This document shows positions 27,901 to 42,500 of a DNA stretch of 64,000 nt, one piece after another (position 1 is the stretch's first letter; each line of letters starts with the position of its first letter). Origin of the DNA: Eledone cirrhosa. Lineage: Eukaryota. Where the stretch lies: assembly GCA_964016885.1 (NCBI GenBank), contig OZ024741.1, positions 7,130,001-7,194,000 on the forward strand, written 5' to 3'. The translations under genes were made by a program, and so were the position numbers. The notes below the pieces were generated by a model, which was not told the DNA's origin, ran no database searches, and saw nothing but the letters and a program-made list of their open reading frames with translations.

Positions 27901-30900
27901 TGTTAGGTTGAGGGTATAAACAGGTTTAAACTAGGAGTGTTAGGTGAAGGCCATAAATAGGTTTAAACTAGGAATGTTAGGTAGAGGGTATAAACAGGTT
28001 TAAACTAGGATTGTTAGGTGGAGGGTATGAATAGGTTTAAAGTAGGAATGTTAGGTGGAAGGTATATTGGGTTTAAAGTAGGAATGTTAGGGGAAGGCTA
28101 TAAACAGGTTTAAACTAGGAGTGTTAGGTGGAGGGTATAAACAGGTTTAAACTAGGAGTGTTAGGCGGAGGGTATAAATAGGTTTAAACAAGGAGTGTTA
28201 GGTGAAGGCCATAAACAGGTTTAAACTAGGAATGTTAGATGGAGGTTAAAAATAGGTTTAAACAAGGAATGTTAGGTGGAGGGTACAAATATGTTTAAAC
28301 TAGGAATGTTATGTAGAAGGTATAAATAGGTTTAAACTAGGAATGTGAGGTGGAGTGTATGAACAGGTTTAAACTAGGAGTGTTAGGTGGAGGGTATAAA
28401 TAGGTTTAAACTAGGAATGTTAGGTGGAGGGTATAAATAGGTTTAAAGTAGGAGTGTTAGGTAGAGGGTATAAATAGGTTTAAAGTAGGAATGTTAGGTA
28501 GACGGTATAAACAGGTTTAAACTAGGAATGTTAGGTGGAGGGTATAAATAGGTTTAAACTAGGAATGTTAGGTGGAGGGTATAAACAGGTTTAAACTAGG
28601 ATTGTTAGGTGGAGGGTATAAACAGTTTTAAACTAGGTATGTTAGGTAGAGGGTATAAAGAGGTTTCAAGTAGGAATGTTAGGCGGAGGGTATAAATAGG
28701 TTTAAACTAGGAATGTTAGGTAGAGGGTATAAACAGTTTTAAAGTAGGAACGTTAGGTAGCGTGTATAAACAGGTTTAAAGTAAGAATGTTAGGTGGAGG
28801 GTATAAATAGGTTTAAACTAGGAATGTTAGGTAGAGGGTATAAACAGGTTTAAACTAGGAATGTTAGGTGGAGGGTATAAACAGGTTTAAACTAGAAATG
28901 TTAGGTAGAGGGTATAAATAGGTTTAAACTAGGAATGTTAGGTGGAGGGTATAAATGGGTTTAAAGTAGGAATGTTAGGTGAAGGCTATAAACAGGTTTA
29001 AACTAGGAGTGTTAGGTGGAGGGTATAAATAGGTTAAAACTAGGAGTGTTAGGTGGAGGGTATAAATAGGTTTAAACTAGGAGTGTTAGGTGAAGGGTAT
29101 AAACAGGTTTAAAGTAGGAGTGTTAGGTGAAGGGTATAAATAGGTTTAAACTAGGAAAGTTAGGTGGAGGGTATAAACAGGTTTAAACTAGGAATGTTAG
29201 GTGGAGGGTATAAAAAGGTTTAAACTAGGAAAGTTAGATGGAGGGTATAAATAGGTTTAAACTAGGAATATTAGGTGGAGTGTATAAATAGTTTTAAACT
29301 GGGAGTGTTAGGTGAAGACTATAACTAGGTTTAAACTAGGAATATTAGGTGGAGGGTATAAATAGGTTTAAACTAGGAGTGTTAGGTGGAGGGTATAAAG
29401 AGGTTTAAACTAGGAACGTTAGGTGGAGCGTATAAATAGGTTTAAAGTAGGAATGTTAGGTAGAGGGTATAAATAGGTTTCAACTAGGAATGTTAGGTGG
29501 AGGGTATAAATAGGTTTAAACTAGGAATGTTAGGTGGAGGGTATAAATAGGTTTAAATTAGGAATGTTAGGTGGAGTGTATAAATAGTTTTAAACTAGGA
29601 GTGTTAGGTGAAGGCTATAAATAGGTTTAAACTAGGAATATTAGGTGGATGGTATAAATAGGTTTAAACTAGGAATATTAGGTGGAGGGTATAAATAGGT
29701 TTAAACTAGGAATGTTAGGTGGAGGTTAAAAATAGGTTTAAACTAGGAATGTTAGGTGGAGGGTATAAATAGGTTTAAACTAGGAATGTTAGGTGGAGGG
29801 TATAAATATGTTTAAACTAGGAATGTTAGGTAGAAGGTATAAATAGGTTTAAAGTAGGAGTGTTAGGTAGAGTGTATAAACAGGTTTAACGTAGGAATGT
29901 TAGGTAGAGGGTATAAATAGGTTTAAAGTAGGAATGTTAGGTGCAGGGTATAAATAGGTTTAAACTAGGAATGTTAGGTAAAGGGTATAAACAGGTTTAA
30001 ACTAGGAATGTTAGGTGGAGGGTTTAAACAGGTTTAAACTAGGAATGTTAGGTGGAGGGTAAAAATAGGTTTAAAATAGGAATATTAGGTGGAGGGTATA
30101 AATAGGTTGAAACTAGGAGTGTTAGGTGGAGGGTATAAATAGGTTTAAACTAGGAATGTTAGGTTGAGGGTATAAATAGGTTTAAACTAGGAGTGTTAGG
30201 TGAAGGCTATAAATAGGTTTAAACTAGGAATATTAGGTGGAGGGTATAAATAGGTTTAAACTAGGAGTGTTAGGTGGAGGGTATAAATAGGTTTAAACTA
30301 GGAGTGTTAGGTGAAGGCCGTAAATAGGTTTAAACTAGGAATATTAGGTGGAGGGGATAAATAGGTTTAAACTAGGAGTGTTAGGTGGAGGGTATAAAAA
30401 GGTTTAAAGTAGGAGTGTTATGTAGAGGGTATAAATAGGTTTAAAGTAGGAAAGTTAGGTAGAGGGTATAAATAGGTTTAAACTAGGAATGTTAGGTGGA
30501 GGGTATAAATAGGTTTTAACTAGGAATGTTAGGTGGAGGGTATAACATTTTTAAACTAGGAATGTTAGGTAGAGGGTATAAAGAGGTTTAAAGTAGGAAT
30601 GTTAGGTGGAGGGTATAAACAGGTTTAAACTAGAAATGTTAGTTAGAGGGTATAAATAGGTTTAAAGTAGGAATGTTAGGTGAAGGCTATAAACAGGTTT
30701 AAACTAGGAGTGTTAGGTGGAGGGTATAAATAGGTTTAAACTAGGAGTGTTAGGTGAAGGCCATAAATAGGTTTAAACTAGGAATATTAGGTGGAGGGTA
30801 TGAATAGGTTTAAACTAGGAATGTTATGTGGAGGTTAAAAATAGGTTTAAAGTAGGAATGTTAGGTGAAGGGTATAAACAGGTTTAAAGTCGGAATGTTA

Positions 30901-33900
30901 GGTAGAGGTTATAAACAGGTTTAATCTATGAATATTAGGTGGAGGTTATAAATAGTTTTAAAGTAGGAATGTTAGGTGGAGGGTATAAATAGGTTTAAAC
31001 TAGGAAAGTTAGTGGAGGGTATAAACAGGTTATAACTAGGAGTGTTAGGTGGAGGGTATAAACAGGTTTAAACTAGGAATGTTAGGTGGAGGGTATAAAT
31101 AGGTTTAAACTAGGAATGTTAGGTGGAGGGTATAAATAGGCTTAAAGTAGGAATTTTAGGTAGAGGTTATAAACAGGTTTAAAGTAGGAATGTTAGGTGG
31201 AGGGTATAAATAGGTTTAAAGTAGGAATGTTAGGTGAAGGGTATAAATAGGTTTAATCTAGGAATGTTAGGTAGAGGGTATAAATAGGTTTAAACTAGGA
31301 ATGTTAGGTGGAGGGTATAAATGCGTTTAAAGTAGGAATGTTAGGTGAAGGCTATACACAGGTTTAAACTAGTAGTGTTAGGTGGAGGGTATAAATAGGT
31401 TTAAACTAGGATTGTTAGGTGAAGCGTATAAACAGGTTTAAAGTAGGAGTGTTAGGTGAAGGGTATAAATAGGTTTAAACTAGGAAAGTTAGGTGGAGGG
31501 TATAAACAGGTTTAAACTAGGAATGTTAGGTCGAGGGTATAAAAAGGTTTAAACTAGGAAAGTTAGGTGGAGGATATAAATAGGTTTAAACTAGGAATAT
31601 TAGGTGGAGGGTATAAATAGGTTTAAACTAGGAGTGTTAGGTGGAGGGTATAAACAGGTTTAAACTAGGAGTGTTAGGTGAAGGCCGTAAATAGGTTTAA
31701 ACTAGGAATATTAGGTGGAGGGGATAAATAGGTTTAAACTAGGAGTGTTAGGTGGAGGGTATAAACAGGTTTAAAGTAGGAGTGTTATGTAGAGGGTATA
31801 AATAGGTTTAAAGTAGGAATGTTAGGTAGAGGGTATAAATAGGTTTAAACAAGGAATGTTAGGTGGAGGGTATAAATAGGTTTTAACTAGGAACGTTAGG
31901 TGGAGGGTATAACATTTTAAACTAGGAATGTTAGGTAGAGGGTATAAAGAGGTTTAAAGTAGGAATGTTAGGTGGAGGGTATAAACAGGTTTAAACTAGA
32001 AATGTTAGGTAGAGGGTATAAATAGGTTTAAAGTACGAAAATTAGGTTGAGGGTTTAAACAGGTTTAAACTAGGAATGTTAGTTAGAGGGTATAAACAGG
32101 TTTAAAGTAGGAATGTTAGGTGAAGGCTATAAACAGGATTAAACTAGGAGTGTTAGGTGAAGGGTATAAACAGGTTTAAAGTTGGAGTGTTAGGTGAAGG
32201 GTATAAATAGGTTTAAACTAGGAATGTTAGGTGGAGGGTATAAATAGGTTTAAACTAGGAATGTTAGGTGGAGGGTATAAACAGTTTTAAACTAGGAGTG
32301 TTAGGTGAAGGCTATAAATAGGTTTAAAATAGGAATATTAGGTGGAGGGTATAAATAGGTTGAAACTAGGAGTGTTAGGTGGAGGGTATAAAATAGGTTT
32401 AAACTAGGAATGTTAGGTTGAGGGTATAAATAGGTTTAAACTAGGAGTGTTAGGTGAAGGCTATAAATAGGTTTAAACTAGGAATATTAGGTGGAGGGTA
32501 TAAATAGGTTTAAACTAGGAGTGTTAGGTGGAGGGTATAAACAGGTTTAAACTAGGAGTGTTAGGTGAAGGCCATAAATAGGTTTAAACTAGGAATATTA
32601 GGTGGAGGGTATAAATAGGTTTAAACCAGGAATGTTAGGTGGAGGTTAAAAATAGGTTTAAACTAGGAGTGTTAGGTGAAGGCTTTAAATAGGTTTAAAC
32701 TAGGAATATTAGGTGGAGGGTATAAAAAGGTTTAAACTAGGAGTGTTAGGTGGAGGGTATCAAAAAATTTAAACTAGGAGTGTTAGGTGAAGGCCATAAA
32801 TAGGTTTAAACTAGGAATGTTAGGTAGAGGGTATAAACAGGTTTAAACTAGGAATGTTAGGTGGAGGGTATGAATAGGTTTAAAGTAGGAATGTTAGGTG
32901 GAAGGTATAAATGGGTTTAAAGTAGAATGTTAGGTGAAGGCTATAAACAGGTTTAAACTAGGAGTGTTAGGTGGAGGGTATAAACAGGTTTAAACTAGGA
33001 GTGTTAGGTGAAGGGTATAAATAGGTTTAAAGTAGGAGTGTTAGGTGAAGGGTATAAACAGGTTTAAACTAGGAAAGTTAGGTGGAGGGTATAAATAGGT
33101 TTAAACTAGAAATGTTAGGTGGAGGGTATAAATAGTTTTAAACTAGGAAAGTTAGGTGGAGGGTATAAATAGGTTTAAAGTAGGAATGTTAGGTGGTGAG
33201 TATAAATAGGTTTAAACTAGGAAAGTTAAGTGGAGTGTATAAATAGGTTATAACTACGAGTGTTAGGTGGAGTGTATAAACAGATTTAAACTAGGAATAT
33301 TAGGTGGAGGGTATAAATAGGTTTAAACTAGGAATGTTAGATGGAGGTTAAAAATAGGTTTAAACTAGGAATGTTAGGTGGAGGGTAGAAATAGGTTTAA
33401 ACTAGGAATGTTAGGTGGAGGGTATAAATATGTTTGAACTACGAATGTTAGGTGGAGGGTATAAATAGGTTTAAACTAGGAATGTTAGGTGGAGGGTATA
33501 AACAGTTTTAAACTAGGAGTGTTAGGTGAAGGCTATAAATAGGTTTAAACTAGGAATATTAGGTGGAGGGTATAAATAGGTTTAAACTAGGAGTGTTAGG
33601 TGGAGGGTATAAACAGGTTTAAAATAGGAATGTTAGGTTGAGGGTATAAATAGGTTTAAACTAGGAATGTTAGGTGGAGGGTATAAACAGGTTTAAACTA
33701 GGAGTGTTAGGTGGAGGGTATAAATAGGTTTAAACTAGGAGTGTTAGGTGAAGGCCATAAATAGGTTTAAATTAGGAATATTAGGTGGAGGGTATAAATA
33801 TGTTTAAACTAGGAATGTTAGGTGGAGGGTACAAATATTTTTAAACTAGGAATGTTAGGTAGAAGGTATAAATGGGTTTAAACTAGGAATGTTAGGTGGA

Positions 33901-36015
33901 GTGTATAAATAGGTTTAAACTAGGAGTGTTAGGTGGAGGGTATAAATAGGTTTAAACTAGGAATGTTAGGTGAAGGGTATAAATAGGTTTAAAGTAGGAG
34001 TGTTAGGTAGAGGGTATAAATAGGTTTAAATTAGGAATGTTAGGTAGAGGGTATAAACAGGTTTAAACTAGGAATGTTAGGTGGAGGGTATAAATAGGTT
34101 TAAACTAGGAATGTTAGGTGGAGGGTATAAACAGTTTTAAACTAGGAATGTTAGGTAGAGGGTATAAAGAGGTTTAAAGTAGGAATGTTAGGCGGAGGGT
34201 ATAAATAGGTTTAAACTAGGTATGTTAGGTAGAGGATATAAATAGGTTTAAAGTAGGAATGTTAGGTAGAGTGTATAAACAGGTTTAAAGTAGGAATGTT
34301 AGGTGGAGGGTATAAATAGGTTTAAAGTAGGAATGTTAGGTGAAGGATATAAATAGGTTTAAACTAGGAATGTTCGGTAGAGGGTATAAATAGGTTTAAA
34401 CTAGGAATGTTAGGTTGAGGGTATAAATAGGTTTAAAGTAGGAATGTTAGGTGAAGGGTATAAATAGGTTTAAACTAGGAATGTTAGGTGGAGGGTATAA
34501 ATGGGTTTAAAATAGGAATGTTAGGTGAAGGCTATAAACAGGTTTAAACTAGGAGTGTTAGGTGGAGGGTATAAATAGGTTTAAAGTAGGAGTGTTAGGT
34601 GAAGGGTATAAATAGGTTTAAAGTAGGAGTGTTAGGTGAAGTGTATAAACAGGTTTAAACTAGGAATGTTAGGTGGAGGGTATAAATAGGTTTAAACTAG
34701 GAATGTTAGGTGGAGGGTATAAACAGTTTTAAACTAGGAATGTTAGGTGGAGGGTATAAATAGGTTTCAACTAGGAGTGTTAGATTGAGGGTATAAACAG
34801 GTTTAAACTAGGAGTGTTAGGTGAAGGCTATAAATAGGTTTAAACTAGGAATATTAGGTGGAGGGTATAAATAGGTTTAAACTAGGAATGTTAGGTGGAG
34901 GGTATAAATAGGTTTAAAATAGGAGTGTTAGGTGAAGGCCATAAACAGGTTTAAACTAGGAATATTAGGTGGAGGGTATAAATAGGTTTAAACTAGGAAT
35001 GTTAGGTGGAAGTTAAAAATAGGTTTAAACTAGGAATGTTAGGTGGAGGGTATAAATAGGTTTAAACTAGGAATGTTAGGTGGATGGTATAAATATGTTT
35101 AAACTAAGAATGTTAGGTAGAAGGTATAAATAGGTTTAAACTAGGAATGTTAGGTGGAGGGTATAAACAGGTTTAATCTAGGAGTGTTAGGTGGAGGGTA
35201 TAAATAGGTTTAAACTAGGAATGTTAGGTGGAGGGTATAAATAGGTTTAAAGTAGGAATGTTAGGTGGAGGGTATAAATAGGTTTAAAGTAGGAATGTTA
35301 GGTGAAGGGTATAAATAGGTTTAAACTAGGAATGTTAGGTAGAGGGTATAAATAGGTTTAAACTAGAAATGTTAGGTAGAGGGTATAAATAGGTTTAAAG
35401 TAGGAATGTTAGGTAGAGGGTATAAATGGGTTTAAAGTAGGAATGTTAGGTGGAGGGTAATAATAGGTTTAAAGTAGGAATGTTAGGTGAAGGGTATAAA
35501 CAGGTTTAAACTGGGAATGTTAGGTAGAGGGTATAAATAGGTTTAAACTAGGAATGTTAGGTGGAGGGTATAAATAGGTTTAAACTAGAAATGTTAGGTG
35601 GAGGGTATAAACAGGTTTAAACTAGGAATGTTAGGTGGAGGGTATAAATAGGTTTAAAGCAGGAATGTTAGGTGAAGGGTATAAACAGGCTTAAAGTCGG
35701 AATGTTAGGTAGAGTTTATAAACAGGTTTAATCTATGAATATTAGGTGGAGGTTATAAATAGTTTTAAAGTAGGAATGTTAGGTGGAGGGTATAAACAGG
35801 TTTAAAGTATGAGTGTTATGTAGAGGGTATAAACAGGTTATAACTAGGAGTGTTAGGTGGAGGGTATAAACAGGTTTAAACTAGGAAAGTTAGGTGGAGG
35901 GTATAAATAGGTGTAAACTAAGAATGTTAGGTGGAGGGTATAAACAGGTTTAAGCTAGAAATGTTAGGTACAGAGTATAAACAGGTTTAAAGTAGGAATG
36001 TTAGGTTGAGGTTAT

Positions 36016-36283
36016 TTTTTAAAATTAAAAAAAATAAATATATACATATATATATTTTATTTTTTAGATCGACTTTCGTCAAATCGGACCAAGGAAACAA
36101 TGTTTCCATTGGTCTTTCCAATTGCTGATACTATCTATCGGTCGCAACTCCAGGTAGAAGGAGCAATGTGAAATAAAGTGTCTTGCTCAAGGACATAACG
36201 CATCACCCGATCCGTGAATCGAACTCATAACCTTACGATTGTGAACCCAATTCTCTAACCAACTCAGCCATACGCCTTCACAC
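36016..36283 (-). mobile_element. tRNA-derived SINE, copy 8
   Basis: Near-identical; variants TCCGTGAATC and CCTTACG and left flank GTTGAGGTTAT shared with copy 9. Confidence 0.9.
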
Positions 36284-39254
36284 GTTGAGGGTATAAACAG
36301 GTTTCAAATAGGAATGTTAGGTAGAGGGTATAAATAGGTTTAAACTAGGAATGTTAGGTAGAGGGTATAAATAGGTTTAAAGTAGGAATGTTAGGTAGAG
36401 GGTATAAACAGGTTTAAACTAGGAATGTTAGGTAGAGGGTATAAATAGGTTTAAACTAGGAATGTTAGGTGGAGGGTATGAATAGGTTTAAAGTAGGAAT
36501 GTTAGGTGGAAGGTATAAATGGGTTTAAAGTCGGAATGTTAGGTGAAGGATATAAACAGGTTTAAACTAGGAGTGTTAGGTGGAGGGTATAAATAGGTTT
36601 AAACTAGGAGTGTTAGTTGAAGGGTATAAATAGGTTTAAAGTAGGAGTGTTAGGTGAAGGGTATAAACAGGTTTAAACTAGGAAAGTTAGGTGGAGGGTA
36701 TAAACAGGTTTAAACTAGGAATGTTAGGTGGAGGGTATAAATAGGTTTAAACTAGGAGAGTTAGGTGGAGGGTATAAATAGGTTTAAACTAGGAATGTTA
36801 GGTGGAGGTTATAAATAGGTTTAAAGTAGGAGTGTTAGGTAGGGGGTATAAATAGGTTTAAAGTAGGAATGTTAGGTAGAGGGTATAAATAGGTTTAAAC
36901 TAGGAGTGTTAGTTGAAGGGTATAAATAGGTTTAAAGTAGGAGTGTTAGGTGAAGGGTATAAACAGGTTTAAACTAGGAAAGTTAGGTGGAGGGTATAAA
37001 CAGGTTTAAACTATGAATGTTAGGTGGAGGGTATAAATAGGTTTAAACTAGGAATGTTAGGTGGAGGGTATAAACAGATTTAAACTAGGAATGTTAGGTG
37101 GAGGGTATAAACAGTTTTAAACTAGGAATGTTAGGTTGAGGGTATAAACAGGTTTAAACTAGGAGTGTTAGGTAGAGGGTATAAAGAGGTTTAAAGTAGG
37201 AATGTTAGGCGGAGGGTATAAACAGGTTTAAACTAGGTATGTTAGGTAGAGGGTATAAATAGGTTTAAAGTAAGAATGTTACGTAGAGTGTATAAACAGG
37301 TTTAAAGTAGGAATGTTAGGTGGAGGGTATAAACAGGTTTAAAGTAGGAATGTTAGGTGAAGGGTATAAATAGGTTTAAACTAGGAATGTTAGGTAGAGG
37401 GTATAAACAGGTTTAAACTAGGAATGTTAGGTGGAGGGTATAAACAGGTTTAAACTAGAAATGTTAGGTAGAGGGTATAAATAGGTTTAAAGTAGGAATG
37501 TTAGGTAGAGGGTATAAACAGGTTTAAACTAGGAATGTTAGGTAGAGGGTATAAACAGGTTTAAACTAGGAATGTTAGGTGGAGGTTATAAATAGGTTTA
37601 AAGTAGGAGTGTTAGGTAGGGGGTATAAATAGGTTTAAAGTAGGAATGTTAGGTAGAGGGTATAAATAGGTTTAAACTATGAATGTTAGGTGGAGGGTAT
37701 AAATAGGTTTAAACTAGGAATGTTAGGTGGAGGGTATAAACAGATTTAAACTAGGAATGTTAGGTGGAGGGTATAAACAGTTTTAAACTAGGAATGTTAG
37801 GTTGATGGTATAAACAGGTTTAAACTAGGAAAGTTAGGTAGAGGTTATAAATAGGTTTAAACTAGGAATGTTAGGTTGAGGGTATAAATAGGTTTAAAGT
37901 AGGAATGTTAGGTGAAGGTTATAAATAGGTTTAAACTAGGAATGTTAGGTGGAGGGTATAAATGGGTTTAAAATAGGAATGTTAGGTGAAGGCTATAAAC
38001 AGGTTTAAACTAGGAGTGTTAGGTGGAGGGTATAAATAGGTTTAAAGTAGGAGTGTTAGGTGAAGGGTATAAATAGGTTTAAAGTAGGAGTGTTAGGTGA
38101 AGGGTATAAACAGGTTTAAACTAGGAATGTTAGGTGGAGGGTATAAATAGGTTTAAACTAGGAATGTTAGGTGGAGGGTATAAACAGTTTCAAACTAGGA
38201 ATGTTAGGTGGAGGGTATGAATAGGTTTAAAATAGGAGTGTTAGGTGGAAGTTAAAAATAGGTTTAAACTAGGAATGTTAGGTGGAGGGTATAAATAGGT
38301 TTAAACTAGGAATGTTAGGTGGATGGTATAAATATGTTTAAACTAGGAATGTTAGGTAGAAGGTATAAATAGGTTTAAACTAGGAATGTTAGGTGGAGGG
38401 TATAAACAGGTTTAATCTAGGAGTGTTAGGTGGAGGGTATAAATAGGTTTAAACTAGGAATGTTAGGTGGAGGGTATAAATAGGTTTAAAGTAGGAATGT
38501 TAGGTGAAGGGTATAAATAGGTTTAAACTAGGAATGTTAGGTAGAGGGTATAAATAGGTTTAAACTAGTAATGTTAGGTGGAGGGTATAAATAGGTTTAA
38601 ACTAGAAATGTTAGGTAGAGGGTATAAATAGGTTTAAAGTAGGAATGTTAGGTAGAGGGTATAAATGGGTTTAAAGTAGGAATGTTAGGTGGAGGGTAAT
38701 AATAGGTTTAAAGTAGGAATGTTAGGTGAAGGGTATAAACAGGTTTAAACTGGGAATGTTAGGTAGAGTGTATAAATAGGTTTAAACTAGGAATGTTAGG
38801 TGGAGGGTATAAATAGGTTTAAACTAGAAATGTTAGGTGGAGGGTATAAACAGGTTTAAACTAGGAATGTTAGGTGGAGGGTATAAATAGGTTTAAAGCA
38901 GGAATGTTAGGTGAAGGGTATAAACAGGCTTAAAGTCGGAATGTTAGGTAGAGTTTATAAACAGGTTTAATCTATGAATATTAGGTGGAGGTTATAAATA
39001 GTTTTAAAGTAGGAATGTTACGTGGAGGGTAGAAAAAGGTTTAAAGTAGGAGTGTTATGTAGAGGGTATCAACAGGTTATAACTAGGAGTGTTAGGTGGA
39101 GGGTATAAACAGGTTTAAACTAGGAAAGTTAGGTGGAGGGTATAAATAGGTGTAAACTAGGAATGTTAGGTGGAGGGTATAAACAGGTTTAAGCTAGAAA
39201 TGTTAGGTACAGAGTATAAACAGGTTTAAAGTAGGAATGTTAGGTTGAGGTTAT

Positions 39255-39522
39255 TTTTTAAAATTAAAAAAAATAAATATATACATATATATATTTTATT
39301 TTTTAGATCGACTTTCGTCAAATCGGACCAAGGAAACAATGTTTCCATTGGTCTTTCCAATTGCTGATACTATCTATCGGTCGCAACTCCAGGTAGAAGG
39401 AGCAATGTTAAATAAAGTGTCTTGCTCAAGGACATAACGCATCACCCGATCCGTGAATCGAACTCATAACCTTACGATTGTGAACCCAATTCTCTAACCA
39501 ACTCAGCCATACGCCTTCACAC
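39255..39522 (-). mobile_element. tRNA-derived SINE, copy 9
   Basis: Near-identical to copy 8; starts 3239 bp later. Confidence 0.9.
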
Positions 39523-42500
39523 GTTGAGGGTATAAATAGGTTTAAAATAGGAATGTTAGGTAGAGGGTATAAATAGGTTTAAACTAGGAATGTTAGGTAG
39601 AGGGTATAAATAGGTTTAAAGTAGGAATGTTAGGTAGAGGGTATAAACAGGTTTAAACTAGGAATGTTAGGTAGAGGGTATAAATAGGTTTAAAGTAGGA
39701 ATGTTAGGTTGAGGGTATAAACAGTTTTAAACTAGGAATGTTAGGTAGCGGGTATAAACAGGTTTAATGTAGGAATGTTAGGTAGAGGGTATAAATAGGT
39801 TTAAACTAGGAATGTTAGGTAGAGGGTATAAATAGGTTTAAACTAGGAAAGTTAGGTGGAGTGTATGAACAGGTTTAAACTAGGAGTGTTAGGTGGAGGG
39901 TATAAACAGGTTTAAACTAGGAATGTTAGGTAGAGGGTATAAATAGGTTTAAACTAGGAATGTTAGGTGGAGGGTATGAATAGGTTTAAAGTAGGAATGT
40001 TAGGTGGAAGGTATAAATGGGTTTAAAGTCGGAATGTTAGGTGAAGGATATAAACAGGTTTAAACTAGGAGTGTTAGGTGGAGGGTATAAATAGGTTTAA
40101 ACTAGGAGTGTTAGTTGAAGGGTATAAATAGGTTTAAAGTAGGAGTGTTAGGTGAAGGGTATAAACAGGTTTAAACTAGGAAAGTTAGGTGGAGGGTATA
40201 AATAGGTTTAAACTAGGAATGTTAGGTGGAGGGTATAAATAGGTTTAAACTAGGAGAGTTAGGTGGAGGGTATAAATAGGTTTAAACTAGGAATGTTAGG
40301 TGGAGGTTATAAATAGGTTTAAAGTAGGAGTGTTAGGTAGGGGGTATAAATAGGTTTAAAGTAGGAATGTTAGGTAGAGGGTATAAATAGGTTTAAACTA
40401 TGAATGTTAGGGGGAGGGTATAAATAGGTTTAAACTAGGAATGTTAGGTGGAGGGTATAAACAGATTTAAACTAGGAATGTTAGGTGGAGGGTATAAACA
40501 GTTTTAAACTAGGAATGTTAGGTTGAGGGTATAAACAGGTTTAAACTAGGAGTGTTAGGTAGAGGGTATAAAGAGGTTTAAAGTAGGAATGTTAGGCGGA
40601 GGGTATAAACAGGTTTAAACTAGGTATGTTAGGTAGAGGGTATAAATAGGTTTAAAGTAGGAATGTTAGGTAGAGTGTATAAACAGGTTTAAAGTAGGAA
40701 TGTTAGGTGGAGGGTATAAACAGGTTTAAAGTAGGAATGTTAGGTGAAGGGTATAAATAGGTTTAAACTAGGAATGTTAGGTAGAGGGTATAAACAGGTT
40801 TAAACTAGGAATGTTAGGTGGAGGGTATAAACAGGTTTAAACTAGAAATGTTAGGTAGAGGGTATAAATAGGTTTAAAGTAGGAATGTTAGGTTGAGGGT
40901 TTAAACAGGTTTAAACTAGGAAAGTTAGGTAGAGGTTATAAATAGGTTTAAACTAGGAATGTTAGGTTGAGGGTATAAATAGGTTTAAAGTAGGAATGTT
41001 AGGTGAAGGTTATAAATAGGTTTAAACTAGGAATGTTAGGTGGAGGGTATAAATGGGTTTAAAATAGGAATGTTAGGTGAAGGCTATAAACAGGTTTAAA
41101 CTAGGAGTGTTAGGTGGAGGGTATAAATAGGTTTAAAGTAGGAGTGTTAGGTGAAGGGTATAAATAGGTTTAAAGTAGGAGTGTTAGGTGAAGGGTATAA
41201 ACAGGTTTAAACTAGGAATGTTAGGTGGAGGGTATAAATAGGTTTAAACTAGGAATGTTAGGTGGAGGGTATAAACAGTTTCAAACTAGGAATGTTACGT
41301 GGAGGGTATAAATAGGTTTCAACTAGGAGTGTTAGGTGAAGGCTATAAATAGGTTTAAACTAGGAATATTAGGTGGAGGGTATAAATAGGTTTAAACTAG
41401 GAATGTTAGGTGGAGGGTATGAATAGGTTTAAAATAGGAGTGTTAGGTGAAGGCCATAAACAGGTTTAAACTAGGAATATTAGGTGGAGGGTATAAATAG
41501 GTTTAAACTAGGAATGTTAGGTGGAAGTTAAAAATAGGTTTAAACTAGGAATGTTAGGTGGAGGGTATAAATAGGTTTAAACTAGGAATGTTAGGTGGAT
41601 GGTATAAATATGTTTAAACTAGGAATGTTAGGTAGAAGGTATAAATAGGTTTAAACTAGGAATGTTAGGTGGAGGGTATAAACAGGTTTAATCTAGGAGT
41701 GTTAGGTGGAGGGTATAAATAGGTTTAAACTAGGAATGTTAGGTGGAGGGTATAAATAGGTTTAAAGTAGGAATGTTAGGTGAAGGGTATAAATAGGTTT
41801 AAACTAGGAATGTTAGGTAGAGGGTATAAATAGGTTTAAACTAGTAATGTTAGGTGGAGGGTATAAATAGGTTTAAACTAGAAATGTTAGGTAGAGGGTA
41901 TAAACAGGTTTAAAGTAGGAATGTTAGGTAGAGGGTATAAATGGGTTTAAAGTAGGAATGTTAGGTGGAGGGTAATAATAGGTTTAAAGTAGGAATGTTA
42001 GGTGAAGGGTATAAACAGGTTTAAACTGGGAATGTTAGGTAGAGTGTATAAATAGGTTTAAACTAGGAATGTTAGGTGGAGGGTATAAATAGGTTTAAAC
42101 TAGAAATGTTAGGTGGATGGTATAAACAGGTTTAAACTAGGAATGTTAGGTGGAGGGTATAAATAGGTTTAAAGCAGGAATGTTAGGTGAAGGGTATAAA
42201 CAGGCTTAAAGTCGGAATGTTAGGTAGAGTTTATAAACAGGTTTAATCTATGAATATTAGGTGGAGGTTATAAATAGTTTTAAAGTAGGAATGTTAGGTG
42301 GAGGGTAGAAAAAGGTTTAAAGTAGGAGTGTTATGTAGAGGGTATCAACAGGTTATAACTAGGAGTGTTAGGTGGAGGGTATAAACAGGTTTAAACTAGG
42401 AAAGTTAGGTGGAGGGTATAAATAGGTGTAACCTAGGAATGTTAGGTGGAGGGTATAAACAGGTTTAAGCTAGAAATGTTAGGTACAGAGTATAAACAGG

